A model generated the notes under the pieces. The model searched no databases and was not told where the DNA came from. It saw only the letters and a list, made by a program, of their open reading frames with translations. 64,000 bases of DNA from Sphingobacteriaceae bacterium (GTDB taxonomy: Bacteria > Bacteroidota > Bacteroidia > UBA7662), in the NCBI GenBank assembly GCA_030682795.1, contig JAUXNJ010000019.1, forward strand, positions 94,627 to 158,626, read 5' to 3'. This document shows positions 21,450-31,126 of this stretch, one piece after another. The position numbers and the translations under genes were made by a program. Each line of letters starts with the position of its first letter. The stretch's first letter is position 1.

Positions 21450-21480
21450 GCCGCCTTACCGAAGCAAGACGGCCCTTTTA
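21450..21480. terminator. Possible bidirectional terminator between rlmN(+) and the PII-like gene(-)
   Basis: GGCCG...CGGCC inverted repeat with flanking T/A runs; weak. Confidence 0.3.
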
Positions 21481-21789
21481 TCAATTATACTTTTCGGGCC
21501 GAAGCACCTCAACGGTCTGCACAAAGGCCACAATGCCATATTTTTCGAAATACTGATCACTCAGCAACTCCATGAGTTGTGCTGCCTTGGTTTCATTGGT
21601 CAGGGTATCGATGCGAATGTTGCGTCCTTCCCAACCGCTGAAATGCCGTACATGCAGTCCTTCACCCGCAACTTCTGCCATGGTATAGCCTTGAATGCCA
21701 CAAGCCTTTAAGTCGGAGATCAGTCTTTCTGCCAAAGCGTCCAGTGCAATGATGGTGATCATTTTCACCGGTTTCAAATGGTTATTCAT
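21481..21789 (-). CDS. PII-like signalling protein (SbtB-like)
   Basis: 102 aa with PII fold pattern (MITIIALDA...GIQGYTMAEVAGEG...). ATGA overlap with the upstream permease gene. Confidence 0.5.
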   Translation of the reverse strand: MNNHLKPVKMITIIALDALAERLISDLKACGIQGYTMAEVAGEGLHVRHFSGWEGRNIRIDTLTNETKAAQLMELLSDQYFEKYGIVAFVQTVEVLRPEKYN

Positions 21790-22754
21790 GCGTATATGAT
21801 TTGAGCGATGTAAAGATATAAGGGAAGGCCGATGGTTACATTAAAAGGAAAGGCAATGGCCAAACTTCCGGTAAGGTAGAGGGTTGGATTGGCTTCTGGG
21901 ATGGCAATGCGCACCGCTGCTGGCGCCGCAATGTAAGAGGCACTGGCACACAGCAAGCCAAACAAGGTAGCTCCACCCATAGAGAGGCCTGCCCACTGCG
22001 CCATAAACACCCCCATGGTGGCATGCAACACAGGCATCACCAGGCCGTAGCCCAAGAGAAAAAACCCCACCTTTTTTAATTCAAACAAACGACGACCGGC
22101 AACCAGACCCACTTCTAACAAAAACAAACAGAGCACGCCGCGAAACAAGCCATCGTACATGGGCGCTACCTGCTCAAAACCTTCCTTTTGGGTAATTAGC
22201 CCTATACCTAGGCCGCCCAGAAGCAAAATGGTGCCTTTGTTGGTGAACAGTTCGTGTAGCACCTTTCCCATGCCTTGCTGACTTTGCGGTGCATGGCGGC
22301 GCGCCAGCCAAATGGAGAGTAAAATGGCTGGTACTTCCATGATGGCGAGGATAGCCGGCATAAAGCCTTCGAAAGAGATGCTCATGAGCTCCAGAAAAGC
22401 CAAACCTTCGGAGAAGGTCACTGCCGAAACCGAGCCGAAATGGGCGGCGATAGCGGCCGCATTGGCGTTGTCGAACTTACCGAGCTTGGTAAGGATCACA
22501 AAAGACACCGCCGCAATGATCAAGCAGGCGGCAATGGCAGCAAGCAGGGGCTTGTAGAAATCGGCGAAGGCCACATCCGAGAGCTTTACCCCGCCCTTCA
22601 GGCCAATGGCAAATAAGAGATAGATGGTTAAGCCCATGTACATGCCCTCGGGAAATTTCAAATCACTTCGGAGCAGGGTGGCTAAGATGCCGAGTAAAAA
22701 GGCCAGGACCATTGGAGAGGTCAAACTGGCAAACAGCGCGCTTCCTAGTTCCAT
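21786..22754 (-). CDS. SbtA-like (DUF897) permease, putative Na+-dependent bicarbonate transporter
   Basis: 322-aa, about 10-TM protein with internal duplication. Paired with the PII-like gene and a beta-carbonic anhydrase, as in SbtA/SbtB systems. Confidence 0.45.
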   Translation of the reverse strand: MELGSALFASLTSPMVLAFLLGILATLLRSDLKFPEGMYMGLTIYLLFAIGLKGGVKLSDVAFADFYKPLLAAIAACLIIAAVSFVILTKLGKFDNANAAAIAAHFGSVSAVTFSEGLAFLELMSISFEGFMPAILAIMEVPAILLSIWLARRHAPQSQQGMGKVLHELFTNKGTILLLGGLGIGLITQKEGFEQVAPMYDGLFRGVLCLFLLEVGLVAGRRLFELKKVGFFLLGYGLVMPVLHATMGVFMAQWAGLSMGGATLFGLLCASASYIAAPAAVRIAIPEANPTLYLTGSLAIAFPFNVTIGLPLYLYIAQIIYA

Positions 22755-22756
22755 GG

Positions 22757-23422
22757 TTAAGGCTTTGGTAAGGTTGCCAAATAGTTTTCAGGCAAAAACT
22801 CAACTTTGCCCGATTCGAGGTGGTAAACGGCGCCCACAATTTTTGTTTGTCCACTTGCCACCGCTTTCGACAACACCGGTTCGAGGTTCTGTAGCTGGGC
22901 TACTTGCATGGCTACATTTACTTTCACAGCGTTATCAATGCGATTTCCCTTTAAGTGAGCACTTGCTTGGGCAGCAGGTTTGATGGCATTGATCAAGGTT
23001 ACGATATGCCCGGGTACATCTGGCACCTTACAGGCAGCGGCTACCGCCCCGCATTCGGTATGCCCCAAAACCACAATCAACTTGGCACCGAGTACAGCAT
23101 TGGCAAACTCAATGCTTCCCCAAGAAGCATGGGTAGATACCTGTCCCGCGGTACGTACGATGAAAATGTCGCCTAAGCCTTGGTCGAAAATAATCTCGTT
23201 CGGCACCCGTGAATCGGAGCAGCCTACCACAATGGCAAAGGGGTTTTGTCCAGTGGCCACTTCCTTTACCCGCTTAGGACTTTGGTTGGGCCGTACCGAT
23301 TGGCCTTTGTAAAAGCGTTCGTTGCCTGCCTTTAGCAAGACTAAGGCCGAATCGGCACTCATTTGGGCGTAAGCGCAGAGGCTTAAGCTAAACCCTAAAA
23401 ATGTCAATAGCACGTATTTCAT
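22757..23422 (-). CDS. Beta-class carbonic anhydrase, secreted
   Basis: Beta-CA zinc ligands (CSDSRV ... HTECGAV). Signal peptide begins at the second Met (MKYVLLTFLGFSLSLCAYA). Confidence 0.75.
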   Translation of the reverse strand: MKYVLLTFLGFSLSLCAYAQMSADSALVLLKAGNERFYKGQSVRPNQSPKRVKEVATGQNPFAIVVGCSDSRVPNEIIFDQGLGDIFIVRTAGQVSTHASWGSIEFANAVLGAKLIVVLGHTECGAVAAACKVPDVPGHIVTLINAIKPAAQASAHLKGNRIDNAVKVNVAMQVAQLQNLEPVLSKAVASGQTKIVGAVYHLESGKVEFLPENYLATLPKP

Positions 23423-23509
23423 AGCTGGTTTTTTTAAACGCCACAAACCTACGGCGGCCCAAAACATATATTTCATTTATGTTTTCTATATTTGGCATAA
23501 GATTTTATT

Positions 23510-24451
23510 ATGAACTACACCTTGCATCAACTGCTGATCCTGGCGAAAGTGGCGGAGTGCCAAAGCATCACCCGCGCGGCCGAAGCCTTGCATTTATCGC
23601 AGCCTGCTGTTTCAGTTCAGCTAAAAAATTTGCAAGAACAATTCAAAATCCCTTTGTTTCACATTCGGGCCAAAAGGGTATTTATGACCGATTTTGGCAA
23701 TGAATTGGTACAAACCACCCTTGAAATTGCAGCACAACTCGAAAGTTTCAACTATCGGGCAAAGGGAGCCAGCGGCAAACTCAGCGGGAAGCTCAGCATC
23801 AGTATTGTATCGACTGGCAAATACATCATGCCCTATTTTTTGCAGTCCTTTCTAGCACAAAATCCAGAAGTTGAATTACGCATGGATGTGACCAACAAGG
23901 CAGGCGTCATCAGCGCACTCGATCATAGCGATGCCGAGCTGGCCTTGGTATCGGCCTTGCCGCGCCAATTAAAAATAGCTGAATTGCCCTTGCTGCAAAA
24001 TCACCTCTTTTGGGTGGTAGGACCACAGTTTCAAATCGAAAAAGCCAGCTATTCGCCAGAGATCCTGAAAACAATGCCCCTCATTTTTAGAGAAGCTGGT
24101 TCAGCTACGCGCGCAGTAATGGAACAGGTGTGTGATCGAAAAAAAGTAGGCGGCACCAAAGAGCTGGTGCTCACCACGAATGAAGCGATTAAACAAGCGA
24201 TCATGGCGGGATTAGGCTGTTCGGTTATGCCGCTTATTGGACTCAAACACGAACTCGCTAGCGGTGATTTACAACTGCTGCCGGTTAAAGGCTTGCCGGT
24301 AGTTACACAATGGCGACTTATTTGGTTGAGTACGCGTCCCCTATCGCCCGTAGCTGCGGCTTACCTGGCCCACCTGCAAAACAACCGGGAGCAGGTGTAC
24401 GAGGAGCATTTTGCATGGACCAGTGCGTACCTGCACCCGGTCAAACTTTAA
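23510..24451 (+). CDS. LysR-family transcriptional regulator (divergent from the CA-SbtA-PII operon)
   Basis: N-terminal LysR HTH (ITRAAEALHLSQPAVSVQLKNLQ) and C-terminal substrate-binding domain. Confidence 0.8.
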   Translation: MNYTLHQLLILAKVAECQSITRAAEALHLSQPAVSVQLKNLQEQFKIPLFHIRAKRVFMTDFGNELVQTTLEIAAQLESFNYRAKGASGKLSGKLSISIVSTGKYIMPYFLQSFLAQNPEVELRMDVTNKAGVISALDHSDAELALVSALPRQLKIAELPLLQNHLFWVVGPQFQIEKASYSPEILKTMPLIFREAGSATRAVMEQVCDRKKVGGTKELVLTTNEAIKQAIMAGLGCSVMPLIGLKHELASGDLQLLPVKGLPVVTQWRLIWLSTRPLSPVAAAYLAHLQNNREQVYEEHFAWTSAYLHPVKL

Positions 24452-24466
24452 AGACTTTTTTGCAGG

Positions 24467-24916
24467 CTATTTTTCGTTGTCCGTACCTATACGCTTCCAA
24501 ATGGTAAGCACATGTTTGTCACCTGCCCTGGTTTCAAAATAAGCCGGACGATACGCCTTAGGTGCGGCAAAACAGGCCTCCAAGGTATCTCCTTTTAATC
24601 GAAAAATGCCGTTGCGTTTAAGCCCGGCATCGTCATTACCCGCCACCCACACATCGAGGTGCTTGGGATAAAACATTTCTTCGTAGCGGTATTTGCCCAG
24701 TGATAAGGTAACCTCTCCTTCTTGATACACTTCAAAGCCCCCGTCTTCTACCTCTAATTCAACCGTTGCAATTTTATAATCGGGATACACCACCCCGTCA
24801 ATCTCCACATGTAAAAGCTTCCATTTACCTTCTAAATTGGCCCCAGTGGGGTGTGAATTGAGGCAGGCTGTAAGGCCCAATGAAAGCAATAACCAAAATC
24901 CGATTCGTATTAACAA
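24467..24916 (-). CDS. Lipoprotein with lipocalin-like (TIGR03067-type) domain
   Basis: Lipobox LTAC; 'EGKWKLLHVEIDG' resembles the TIGR03067 N-terminus. Confidence 0.35.
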   Translation of the reverse strand: MLIRIGFWLLLSLGLTACLNSHPTGANLEGKWKLLHVEIDGVVYPDYKIATVELEVEDGGFEVYQEGEVTLSLGKYRYEEMFYPKHLDVWVAGNDDAGLKRNGIFRLKGDTLEACFAAPKAYRPAYFETRAGDKHVLTIWKRIGTDNEK

Positions 24917-25061
24917 CTTGTAAATAATTAGGGGTGATTAAACCCAGCCTATATTAACCGAAATGCAGGACAGATAGTTTAACGCTTGCAAAAAAACCAT
25001 ATTTCTATCAAAAACAAAAACGCCCCGATAAATCGAGGCGTTCTGTTGTTAAAAATTAACG

Positions 25062-25844
25062 TTAAGGTAAGGTAATGGTACGTGTTCGGCCATTCATAGT
25101 TACTGTGGCCTGGTTGTCGCAGCTGCCGTTTCCAAAGTCAATGGTACGACTGTTGTTGCCGCGGGTGGTGGTCATCACGCCGCTCACCAGCCAATTGCAG
25201 CTCACTTCTTTGCGCAAGGGGGTGGTGATGGTTTGGCTGGAAGTGAGACCATTGCGGGTATTGCTACTGCCGCCGCTGATCAAAAATACATCGTCGCTAC
25301 GTAGCGGGGTTGCATAGCCAGCAATCATTTCGATGCTGCGGGTGGCAGTGCGTTGCATGCTGTCGTTGGTAGGACTCACCAGTAGCAAAGTGCTAGTACG
25401 ACTGAGCAGCGGATTGCCGTTGTTGAGGCTGTGTGAGCCGCTGATGCTGCCAGTAACGGCATGGTCGTTCACAAAATAATTGGTAAAGGCCACGCTGAAA
25501 CTGCTGCCTGCTTGGCGGCGTTGTCCGGTGTAGCTGATTACAACCACCCCTCTGCGGAAGCGCCCATCGGCACACAAGCAGTTGGTAGTGCCGTAGTCGA
25601 TGGTGATGGTGCGCGGCGTGGTAGTAGTGTCGCGGGTAACGGTGGCGCAAGGAGCCGGCGGAAAGCTTTCGGGGGTGTCGTTGAGGAACATCTCGTCAAA
25701 AGTGCCCTCGTCAATGGTCAATAAATTTTCGAATTGCGTGCTTTCGTCGGCCGAGCGCTGCTCGTCTTGGTCGAGATTTTCTTTTTGGCAGGCGCTTAAA
25801 GTCACTAAAAGCACAGCTGCTACGGTTAGTATTTTTTTCATCAT
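25062..25844 (-). CDS. Thr/Ser-rich lipoprotein, function unknown
   Basis: Lipobox LSAC; no recognisable domain. Lies directly downstream of the metal ABC fusion genes. Confidence 0.35.
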   Translation of the reverse strand: MMKKILTVAAVLLVTLSACQKENLDQDEQRSADESTQFENLLTIDEGTFDEMFLNDTPESFPPAPCATVTRDTTTTPRTITIDYGTTNCLCADGRFRRGVVVISYTGQRRQAGSSFSVAFTNYFVNDHAVTGSISGSHSLNNGNPLLSRTSTLLLVSPTNDSMQRTATRSIEMIAGYATPLRSDDVFLISGGSSNTRNGLTSSQTITTPLRKEVSCNWLVSGVMTTTRGNNSRTIDFGNGSCDNQATVTMNGRTRTITLP

Positions 25845-25915
25845 TTCGGTTTTAGGAAATCAACAGGCATATGACGCCACAAGGAGCGCAAGGTTTAACG
25901 ACGAAGCTACTTCTT

Positions 25916-27418
25916 TTATGGCAGAAGCCGCACTTGTGCTTTTTCGGCAATGCTGAGGGGGAGCGAAAACGACTGTTCTTCAGAACTTAGTTCTAAGTCC
26001 CTTTCGCTGCGCGCTCGCAATTGCAACACCTGGTTGGGCGAGATACCGAGCTTCCACAAGGCAGAAGTCACCGCGGCGCTCTTTTGGGTACTCAGCACCA
26101 TCACCTGTTGGCCCGGCTTCACCTCTGCTAACAACACGGTTGTTTTGCTCCGCTGTGGGATGGGCGAACCATGTGGGTCGGTGGTAGGGAAACCTAAGCG
26201 CGCTTCTACTTCTTGCAAAAACACCTCGGGCAAGCGGTGCTCAAATTGCTCGGCTTGACCGTGAATTTGATTGCTTTGCAAGCCCATTTCCTGCACCAAA
26301 TAACTTTCCCAGATGCGGTGGGCGCGAATGAGTTGGTAGGCCCGTTCCAAACCGGCGGCACTGATTTGAATATTGTTTTGTTGCACCGGCTCCAGCCATT
26401 TCCGGCGCTGCAATGCCAGCAGTTTGCGTCGCAGCTGCCGCTCATTAAGTCCAAAGGCAGCTGCGGTTTCGGGCAAAGACTTCAACCCTTTTTCCTGCAG
26501 TTTTACCAGGGCTTTCAAAACATCTTCTAATGCCTGTAATTTCTGCCTCTTCGCCTTGCGAATACGTAGCAACAGCAATCCCTTCTTAGGAGAAAAGAGC
26601 ATGGCCAATAAATAAAATGCAGTGGCCACGAGGGTCATGGCCGGACCCGGAGTGGTTTCCCAAATGATGGCGAATATTAACCCCATACTGGCCGAAAGCA
26701 CCCCTACCAAAGCCGATAAGGCCAGCACCACCGGCAAGCGATTGCTGAGCAAGAGGGCGGTGGAAGCGGGAATGATGAGCATGGCTACTACCAAAATCAC
26801 CCCAACCGATTGCAAGGAGGCCACCACGGCAAAACTCAACAACATCATCATAAAATAATGCATGAGGTTGGCATTGATGCCTGTTGTGGTAGCCATAACC
26901 GCCTGAAAAGTGGTGACGAAAAAATATCTGTAAAAAGCCAAAATGCACAGCAGCGTATAAACCATGATGAGGCCGGTGAGCCAAATGTCCTGATCGGCAA
27001 TGCCCAACACATTGCCAAAAAGGAAATCCTTCATATCGAGGTGCACACCTTCTTGTCGCGTTACCGCCGAAATGCCGATGATGCCCAAGGCAAACATGGC
27101 CGAAAACACAATGCCAATGGCCGCGTCTTCCTTGGTTTTAACGTTACGCTGCAGCCAGGTGATGCTGAGGGCGGCGAGCAATCCTGCCACCACCGAACCA
27201 GTAAAGAAGGCAAAAATGCTGTGGCCCGCAATGAGGAAGCCCACCACCACCCCGGGCAAGATGGCGTGCGAGAGCGCATCACCGATGAGCGACATGTTCC
27301 GCAACACGATGAAAACGCCCAGGAGCCCGCAGGTAATGCCCACGAGCACCGAAGCAAGCAAGGCCCGCTGGGCATAGGCATAGCCAAATACGTCGGAAAG
27401 TTCTTGCCAGTGATTCAT
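25916..27418 (-). CDS. Fusion protein: metal (Zn/Mn/Fe) ABC transporter permease (ZnuB/MntB/TroC-like) plus C-terminal DtxR-family repressor with FeoA domain
   Basis: N-terminal about 280 aa is a multi-TM ZnuB-like permease (GDALSHAILPG). The C-terminal about 210 aa has a winged HTH, the DtxR motif RAHRIWESYL, DPHGSPIP and an FeoA/SH3-like tail. Confidence 0.7.
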   Translation of the reverse strand: MNHWQELSDVFGYAYAQRALLASVLVGITCGLLGVFIVLRNMSLIGDALSHAILPGVVVGFLIAGHSIFAFFTGSVVAGLLAALSITWLQRNVKTKEDAAIGIVFSAMFALGIIGISAVTRQEGVHLDMKDFLFGNVLGIADQDIWLTGLIMVYTLLCILAFYRYFFVTTFQAVMATTTGINANLMHYFMMMLLSFAVVASLQSVGVILVVAMLIIPASTALLLSNRLPVVLALSALVGVLSASMGLIFAIIWETTPGPAMTLVATAFYLLAMLFSPKKGLLLLRIRKAKRQKLQALEDVLKALVKLQEKGLKSLPETAAAFGLNERQLRRKLLALQRRKWLEPVQQNNIQISAAGLERAYQLIRAHRIWESYLVQEMGLQSNQIHGQAEQFEHRLPEVFLQEVEARLGFPTTDPHGSPIPQRSKTTVLLAEVKPGQQVMVLSTQKSAAVTSALWKLGISPNQVLQLRARSERDLELSSEEQSFSLPLSIAEKAQVRLLP

Positions 27419-29181
27419 CGGCTGCGGTTGAATTGTTGGGCCTGGTCGTACATGGGCTGGGTGCCGCTAAAGGTGCGCAGGATGTTGGCTTCGGTGACCA
27501 CCTCGGCCGGCGATCCAAAGGCCACCAAGCGGCGGTTGATCATAATCACCTGGTCGAAATAGGCTTGCGCCTTGCTTAAATCGTGGTGAATCATGACCAC
27601 GGTTTTGCCCTCGGCCACCAGGCGGCGGAGAATCTGAATGATTTTTTCCTCGGTGGTCACGTCTACCCCTACAAAAGGCTCGTCGAGGAAATACAGCTGG
27701 GCCTCTTGCGCCAGCGCCCGGGCCAAAAACACCCGCTGCTGCTGTCCACCCGAGAGCTCGCCAATTTGCTTGTGCAGCAGTTGCTCGAGTTCCAACTCCT
27801 GAATGTGCTGCAGTGCTTTGGCTTTGTCGGTGCTGTTGAGCGACTGAAACGGCCGTTTGTGGGGGTAGCGACCCATGAGCACGAGGTCGTACACGGTAGC
27901 GGGGAAGGTCCAGTCGATTTCCTCCTTCTGCGGCACATAGGCAATGTGGGTTTGCACCGCTTCTACCGGCAAGCCGCCGATGGTAATGGCGCCACGGTCG
28001 GTTTTGAGCAGGCCCAAAATGCTTTTGAAGAGGGTGCTTTTGCCGGAGCCGTTCGGACCAATGAGTCCGTACAACTTGCCCTGCTCGAGCTGCAAATCAA
28101 AGTGGTTGAGGATAACTTTATCGTCGTACGCCACAGTGAGGCCGTTGATGTGGATGGGGTGCTGTGCCGGCAAATCGCTGCTGTTCTTCCGCTGTATGCG
28201 CACGGCCAGTACGGCAAAGGCCAAGGCAAAAAAGCCGGCAATGATCAGCAGCATGAGCAAATCGGTACGGCGACTGTTGGCCGCGCCGCTGCCTTGGAGA
28301 CCTTCGAGCAGGGTGTCGGCATTGTGGCGGAGCATGCTCAAATAAGTGTCGGCGCCGCTGCCCTTGGGCCCCATGCTGTCGGCATACATACTGCCGCCAA
28401 TACGGATGCCGGCGTCGGCAGCTACTTGCTGCAGCAGCTTGGGGTTGATGGTGCTTTCGATGAAAAGGGCCGGTAAATTTTCGGCCTCGATGGTGCGGAT
28501 GAGGTCATGGAGGTCGCTTACCCGCACTTCGGCATCGGTGGTGGTGCCAAGTACCGACAATACCCGCATGCCATAGCGGTTGCCAAAGTAGCGAAAGGCG
28601 TCGTGGGTAGTGGCAATGATGCGGTGTTCGGCGGGAATTTGGGCGATGCGACCTTCGATATAGGTGTGGAGGGAAAGCAATTGCTGGTCGTAAGCCTCAA
28701 AATTGCGTTCTATATCGGCGGCATGGGCGGGCAACAAGCGCTGCAAACCGTTGGCCATGTTGCGAATGTAGATGCGGCCGAGCAGCGGGTCCATCCAGGC
28801 ATGCGGGTCGTAGCTGTTGGCGTGCTCAGCACTGCCAATGGGCGTGATGCCGTCGCTGGCGGTCACCAAAAGCGCTTTGCCCCCGGCCTGGTCGATGAGC
28901 TTCTTGAGCCAGCCTTCGAGGTTGAGACCATTTTCAATGATCAGATCCGCCTCAGCCAGCAGCCGAGCATCGCCGGGAACGGCTTCGTAGATGTGCGGAT
29001 CGGCCCCTAGCGGCAGCAAGGATATTACTTCGCAATGCTCCCCTGCCAACTGCTGTGCCATGTCTGCCAAAAAGCTGGTGGTGGCTACCACTTTCACCAC
29101 TGGAGCCTGTGCCGCAGTGCTGCTGGAGCTTAAAACGCCCACCATCAAAAGCAGAAAAAACAATGTGCTACGGCCTTGCAT
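27415..29181 (-). CDS. Fusion protein: metal ABC substrate-binding protein (ZnuA/TroA-like) - TM anchor - ABC ATPase (ZnuC-like)
   Basis: Signal peptide. TroA-like SBP motifs (LLPLGADPHIYEAVPGD; HDAFRYFGNRYG). One TM helix. Then Walker A GPNGSGKST, signature LSGGQQQRV and Walker B LYFLDEP. ATGA overlap with the permease-DtxR gene. Confidence 0.7.
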   Translation of the reverse strand: MQGRSTLFFLLLMVGVLSSSSTAAQAPVVKVVATTSFLADMAQQLAGEHCEVISLLPLGADPHIYEAVPGDARLLAEADLIIENGLNLEGWLKKLIDQAGGKALLVTASDGITPIGSAEHANSYDPHAWMDPLLGRIYIRNMANGLQRLLPAHAADIERNFEAYDQQLLSLHTYIEGRIAQIPAEHRIIATTHDAFRYFGNRYGMRVLSVLGTTTDAEVRVSDLHDLIRTIEAENLPALFIESTINPKLLQQVAADAGIRIGGSMYADSMGPKGSGADTYLSMLRHNADTLLEGLQGSGAANSRRTDLLMLLIIAGFFALAFAVLAVRIQRKNSSDLPAQHPIHINGLTVAYDDKVILNHFDLQLEQGKLYGLIGPNGSGKSTLFKSILGLLKTDRGAITIGGLPVEAVQTHIAYVPQKEEIDWTFPATVYDLVLMGRYPHKRPFQSLNSTDKAKALQHIQELELEQLLHKQIGELSGGQQQRVFLARALAQEAQLYFLDEPFVGVDVTTEEKIIQILRRLVAEGKTVVMIHHDLSKAQAYFDQVIMINRRLVAFGSPAEVVTEANILRTFSGTQPMYDQAQQFNRSR

Positions 29182-29253
29182 GCCACAAAGATAGGTTGTT
29201 TTTAGGTTTGTCTAAAAAATAATTTTGGAGATGCTGTTTATTGCTGGTTGGGC

Positions 29254-29280
29254 ATAAAAAAAGCCGCATCAGCGGCTTTT
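29254..29280 (-). terminator. Rho-independent terminator (minus strand) after the LTXXQ protein gene
   Basis: AAGCCGC-atca-GCGGCTT hairpin followed by T7 on the minus strand. Confidence 0.55.
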
Positions 29281-29295
29281 GGGAAATGAGCGGTA

Positions 29296-29685
29296 TTATT
29301 CAGACTGAGGCTGGCCCAATCGGCCTCTATGTTTGGCTCTTTTGGCCTCCATTTTCTGCTTCCGAAGTACTTTGTCTGCTTGGTAACGTGTTTTTTGCTC
29401 GGCATCGAGCACTTCCAGTATAGCTACTTCTTGCGCTTGCTGGGCCTGGTTCATTTCCTGACGGGCCTGACGAGCAGCTTCCTGCTTTTGGGCAATGGTA
29501 AGTTCGGTTTTCACGAGTTCGGGTTGCAAACGGGCCTGCTGATCTTGCGTTAACTGGTATTTTTTGCTCAAATGGTTTACCTTCATGCTGGCCTTTTCTT
29601 CGGGCGTTTTGGCAGGTGCAGCCTCTTGGGCTTGGGCGGCGCTCACTACAAAAGCAAGGGCGGCCATCAACATTAATTTTTTCAT
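29296..29685 (-). CDS. Periplasmic LTXXQ-motif (Spy/CpxP-like) protein
   Basis: Signal peptide MKKLMLMAALAFVVSAAQA, helical Q/K/E-rich body, LTQDQ motif. Confidence 0.4.
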   Translation of the reverse strand: MKKLMLMAALAFVVSAAQAQEAAPAKTPEEKASMKVNHLSKKYQLTQDQQARLQPELVKTELTIAQKQEAARQARQEMNQAQQAQEVAILEVLDAEQKTRYQADKVLRKQKMEAKRAKHRGRLGQPQSE

Positions 29686-29857
29686 AACAAAAAGATTTAA
29701 TGGTGGTGTGACCGCCATTCTGCCCTTGGGTTTAATCACAAACGTTAAGGAATGTCAAAGCAAAGGGCCTTTTTTTAACCAAAAGGAAACGCTTTCTACC
29801 TATTATTGTTAGGTCTATATAGTAACTTTGTTAAAACCTTAAATAATAAATCAGCTT

Positions 29858-30466
29858 ATGGCATTCGAATTACCAGCACTTCCCTATGCGCACAACGCGC
29901 TCGAACCTAATATCGACACAGCAACCATGGAAATCCACCATGGCAAACACCACGCTGCTTACGTAAACAACCTCAACGCTGCCATCGCAGGCACCGAAAA
30001 CGAAGGCAAATCGCTCGAAGATTTGATGGCCAACATCAGCAAATTGCCAGCAGCCGTTCGTAACAACGGTGGTGGTCACTACAACCACAGCTTGTTCTGG
30101 ACCGTGATGAGTCCGAACGGCGGTGGCGAACCTACAGGCGACTTGGCAGCGGCTATCAACAGCACCTTCGGTTCGTTTGCAGCCTTCAAAGAAGAATTTG
30201 CCAAGGCAGGCGCAACCCGTTTTGGCTCAGGCTGGGCGTGGTTGTGTGTTGAACATGGCAAATTGAAAGTGTGCAGCACCCCTAACCAAGACAATCCTTT
30301 GATGGATGTGGTGACCGATTGCAATGGCACACCGATTCTCGGATTAGACGTTTGGGAACATGCTTATTACCTCAACTACCAGAACCGCCGTCCCGACTAC
30401 ATCACGGCCTTTTGGAATGTGGTGAACTGGGCAGAAGTGGCTCGTCGCTACGCGGCAGCGCTCTAA
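29858..30466 (+). CDS. sodA: Fe/Mn superoxide dismutase
   Basis: Classic N-terminus [13 protein letters not shown]...[10 protein letters not shown] and C-terminal DVWEHAYY. Confidence 0.9.
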   Translation: MAFELPALPYAHNALEPNIDTATMEIHHGKHHAAYVNNLNAAIAGTENEGKSLEDLMANISKLPAAVRNNGGGHYNHSLFWTVMSPNGGGEPTGDLAAAINSTFGSFAAFKEEFAKAGATRFGSGWAWLCVEHGKLKVCSTPNQDNPLMDVVTDCNGTPILGLDVWEHAYYLNYQNRRPDYITAFWNVVNWAEVARRYAAAL

Positions 30467-30488
30467 GCCAGTCAGCTAATACTTACCA

Positions 30489-30520
30489 AGCCGGTTTCGT
30501 TTTCGAAGCCGGCTTTTTTA
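30489..30520 (+). terminator. Rho-independent terminator after SOD
   Basis: AGCCGGTTTCG ... CGAAGCCGGCT hairpin followed by TTTTTTA. Confidence 0.65.
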
Positions 30521-30634
30521 TTGGATGTCATGGCTGTTAGGATGGGGAGGCGGTTCTCTGCCGTGCAGCGGCTTATTCTCCGCAAATTTGCGGTGATTGT
30601 GCTGCCTATTCGCTGCACCATCTTGAAGACCAAC

Positions 30635-31126
30635 TCAATAAGGATAGGCCGGCGCCACCAGCATGGTCCACCAGGCATACCACAGCACCATCCCCACCAG
30701 CAGCAAAACGGCATGGCGGGGAGCAAAACGGCTGGTGTAAAAGGCGGCTGTACCATCAGTCCAACGCAAGTTGGAGGCCCGGGCATGCAGGCGCACGAGC
30801 GGCACCAAACTCACAAAACTCAGCCACCAAAAGGGGTCGGGCAGAAAGCTCAGCAGCAGTCCCAGCACATACAACACATTCATGCTTTTTTGCTGGGGAT
30901 CGGCCTGGCCATCGAGGCGACTCATGCTCGCCGCCAGGTCGTGGAAAAAGAAGATGGAAAAAGCGGCCCGCACAATGGGGAGCACCGAACACTGCTCGCG
31001 CTGACCCAGGTAACGCCACATTTTGTACATAAACCAAAAGCTGTACAGCCCCATGGTGCCCACATTGAGCAAAATAAACAGGCCTTTCGAACTCAAACTC
31101 TCAGCTGGCGGGTTCACTTGACTCAT
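30635..31126 (-). CDS. Membrane protein, function unknown
   Basis: 163 aa with 4 predicted TM helices. ATGA overlap with the upstream S10 peptidase gene. Confidence 0.35.
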   Translation of the reverse strand: MSQVNPPAESLSSKGLFILLNVGTMGLYSFWFMYKMWRYLGQREQCSVLPIVRAAFSIFFFHDLAASMSRLDGQADPQQKSMNVLYVLGLLLSFLPDPFWWLSFVSLVPLVRLHARASNLRWTDGTAAFYTSRFAPRHAVLLLVGMVLWYAWWTMLVAPAYPY

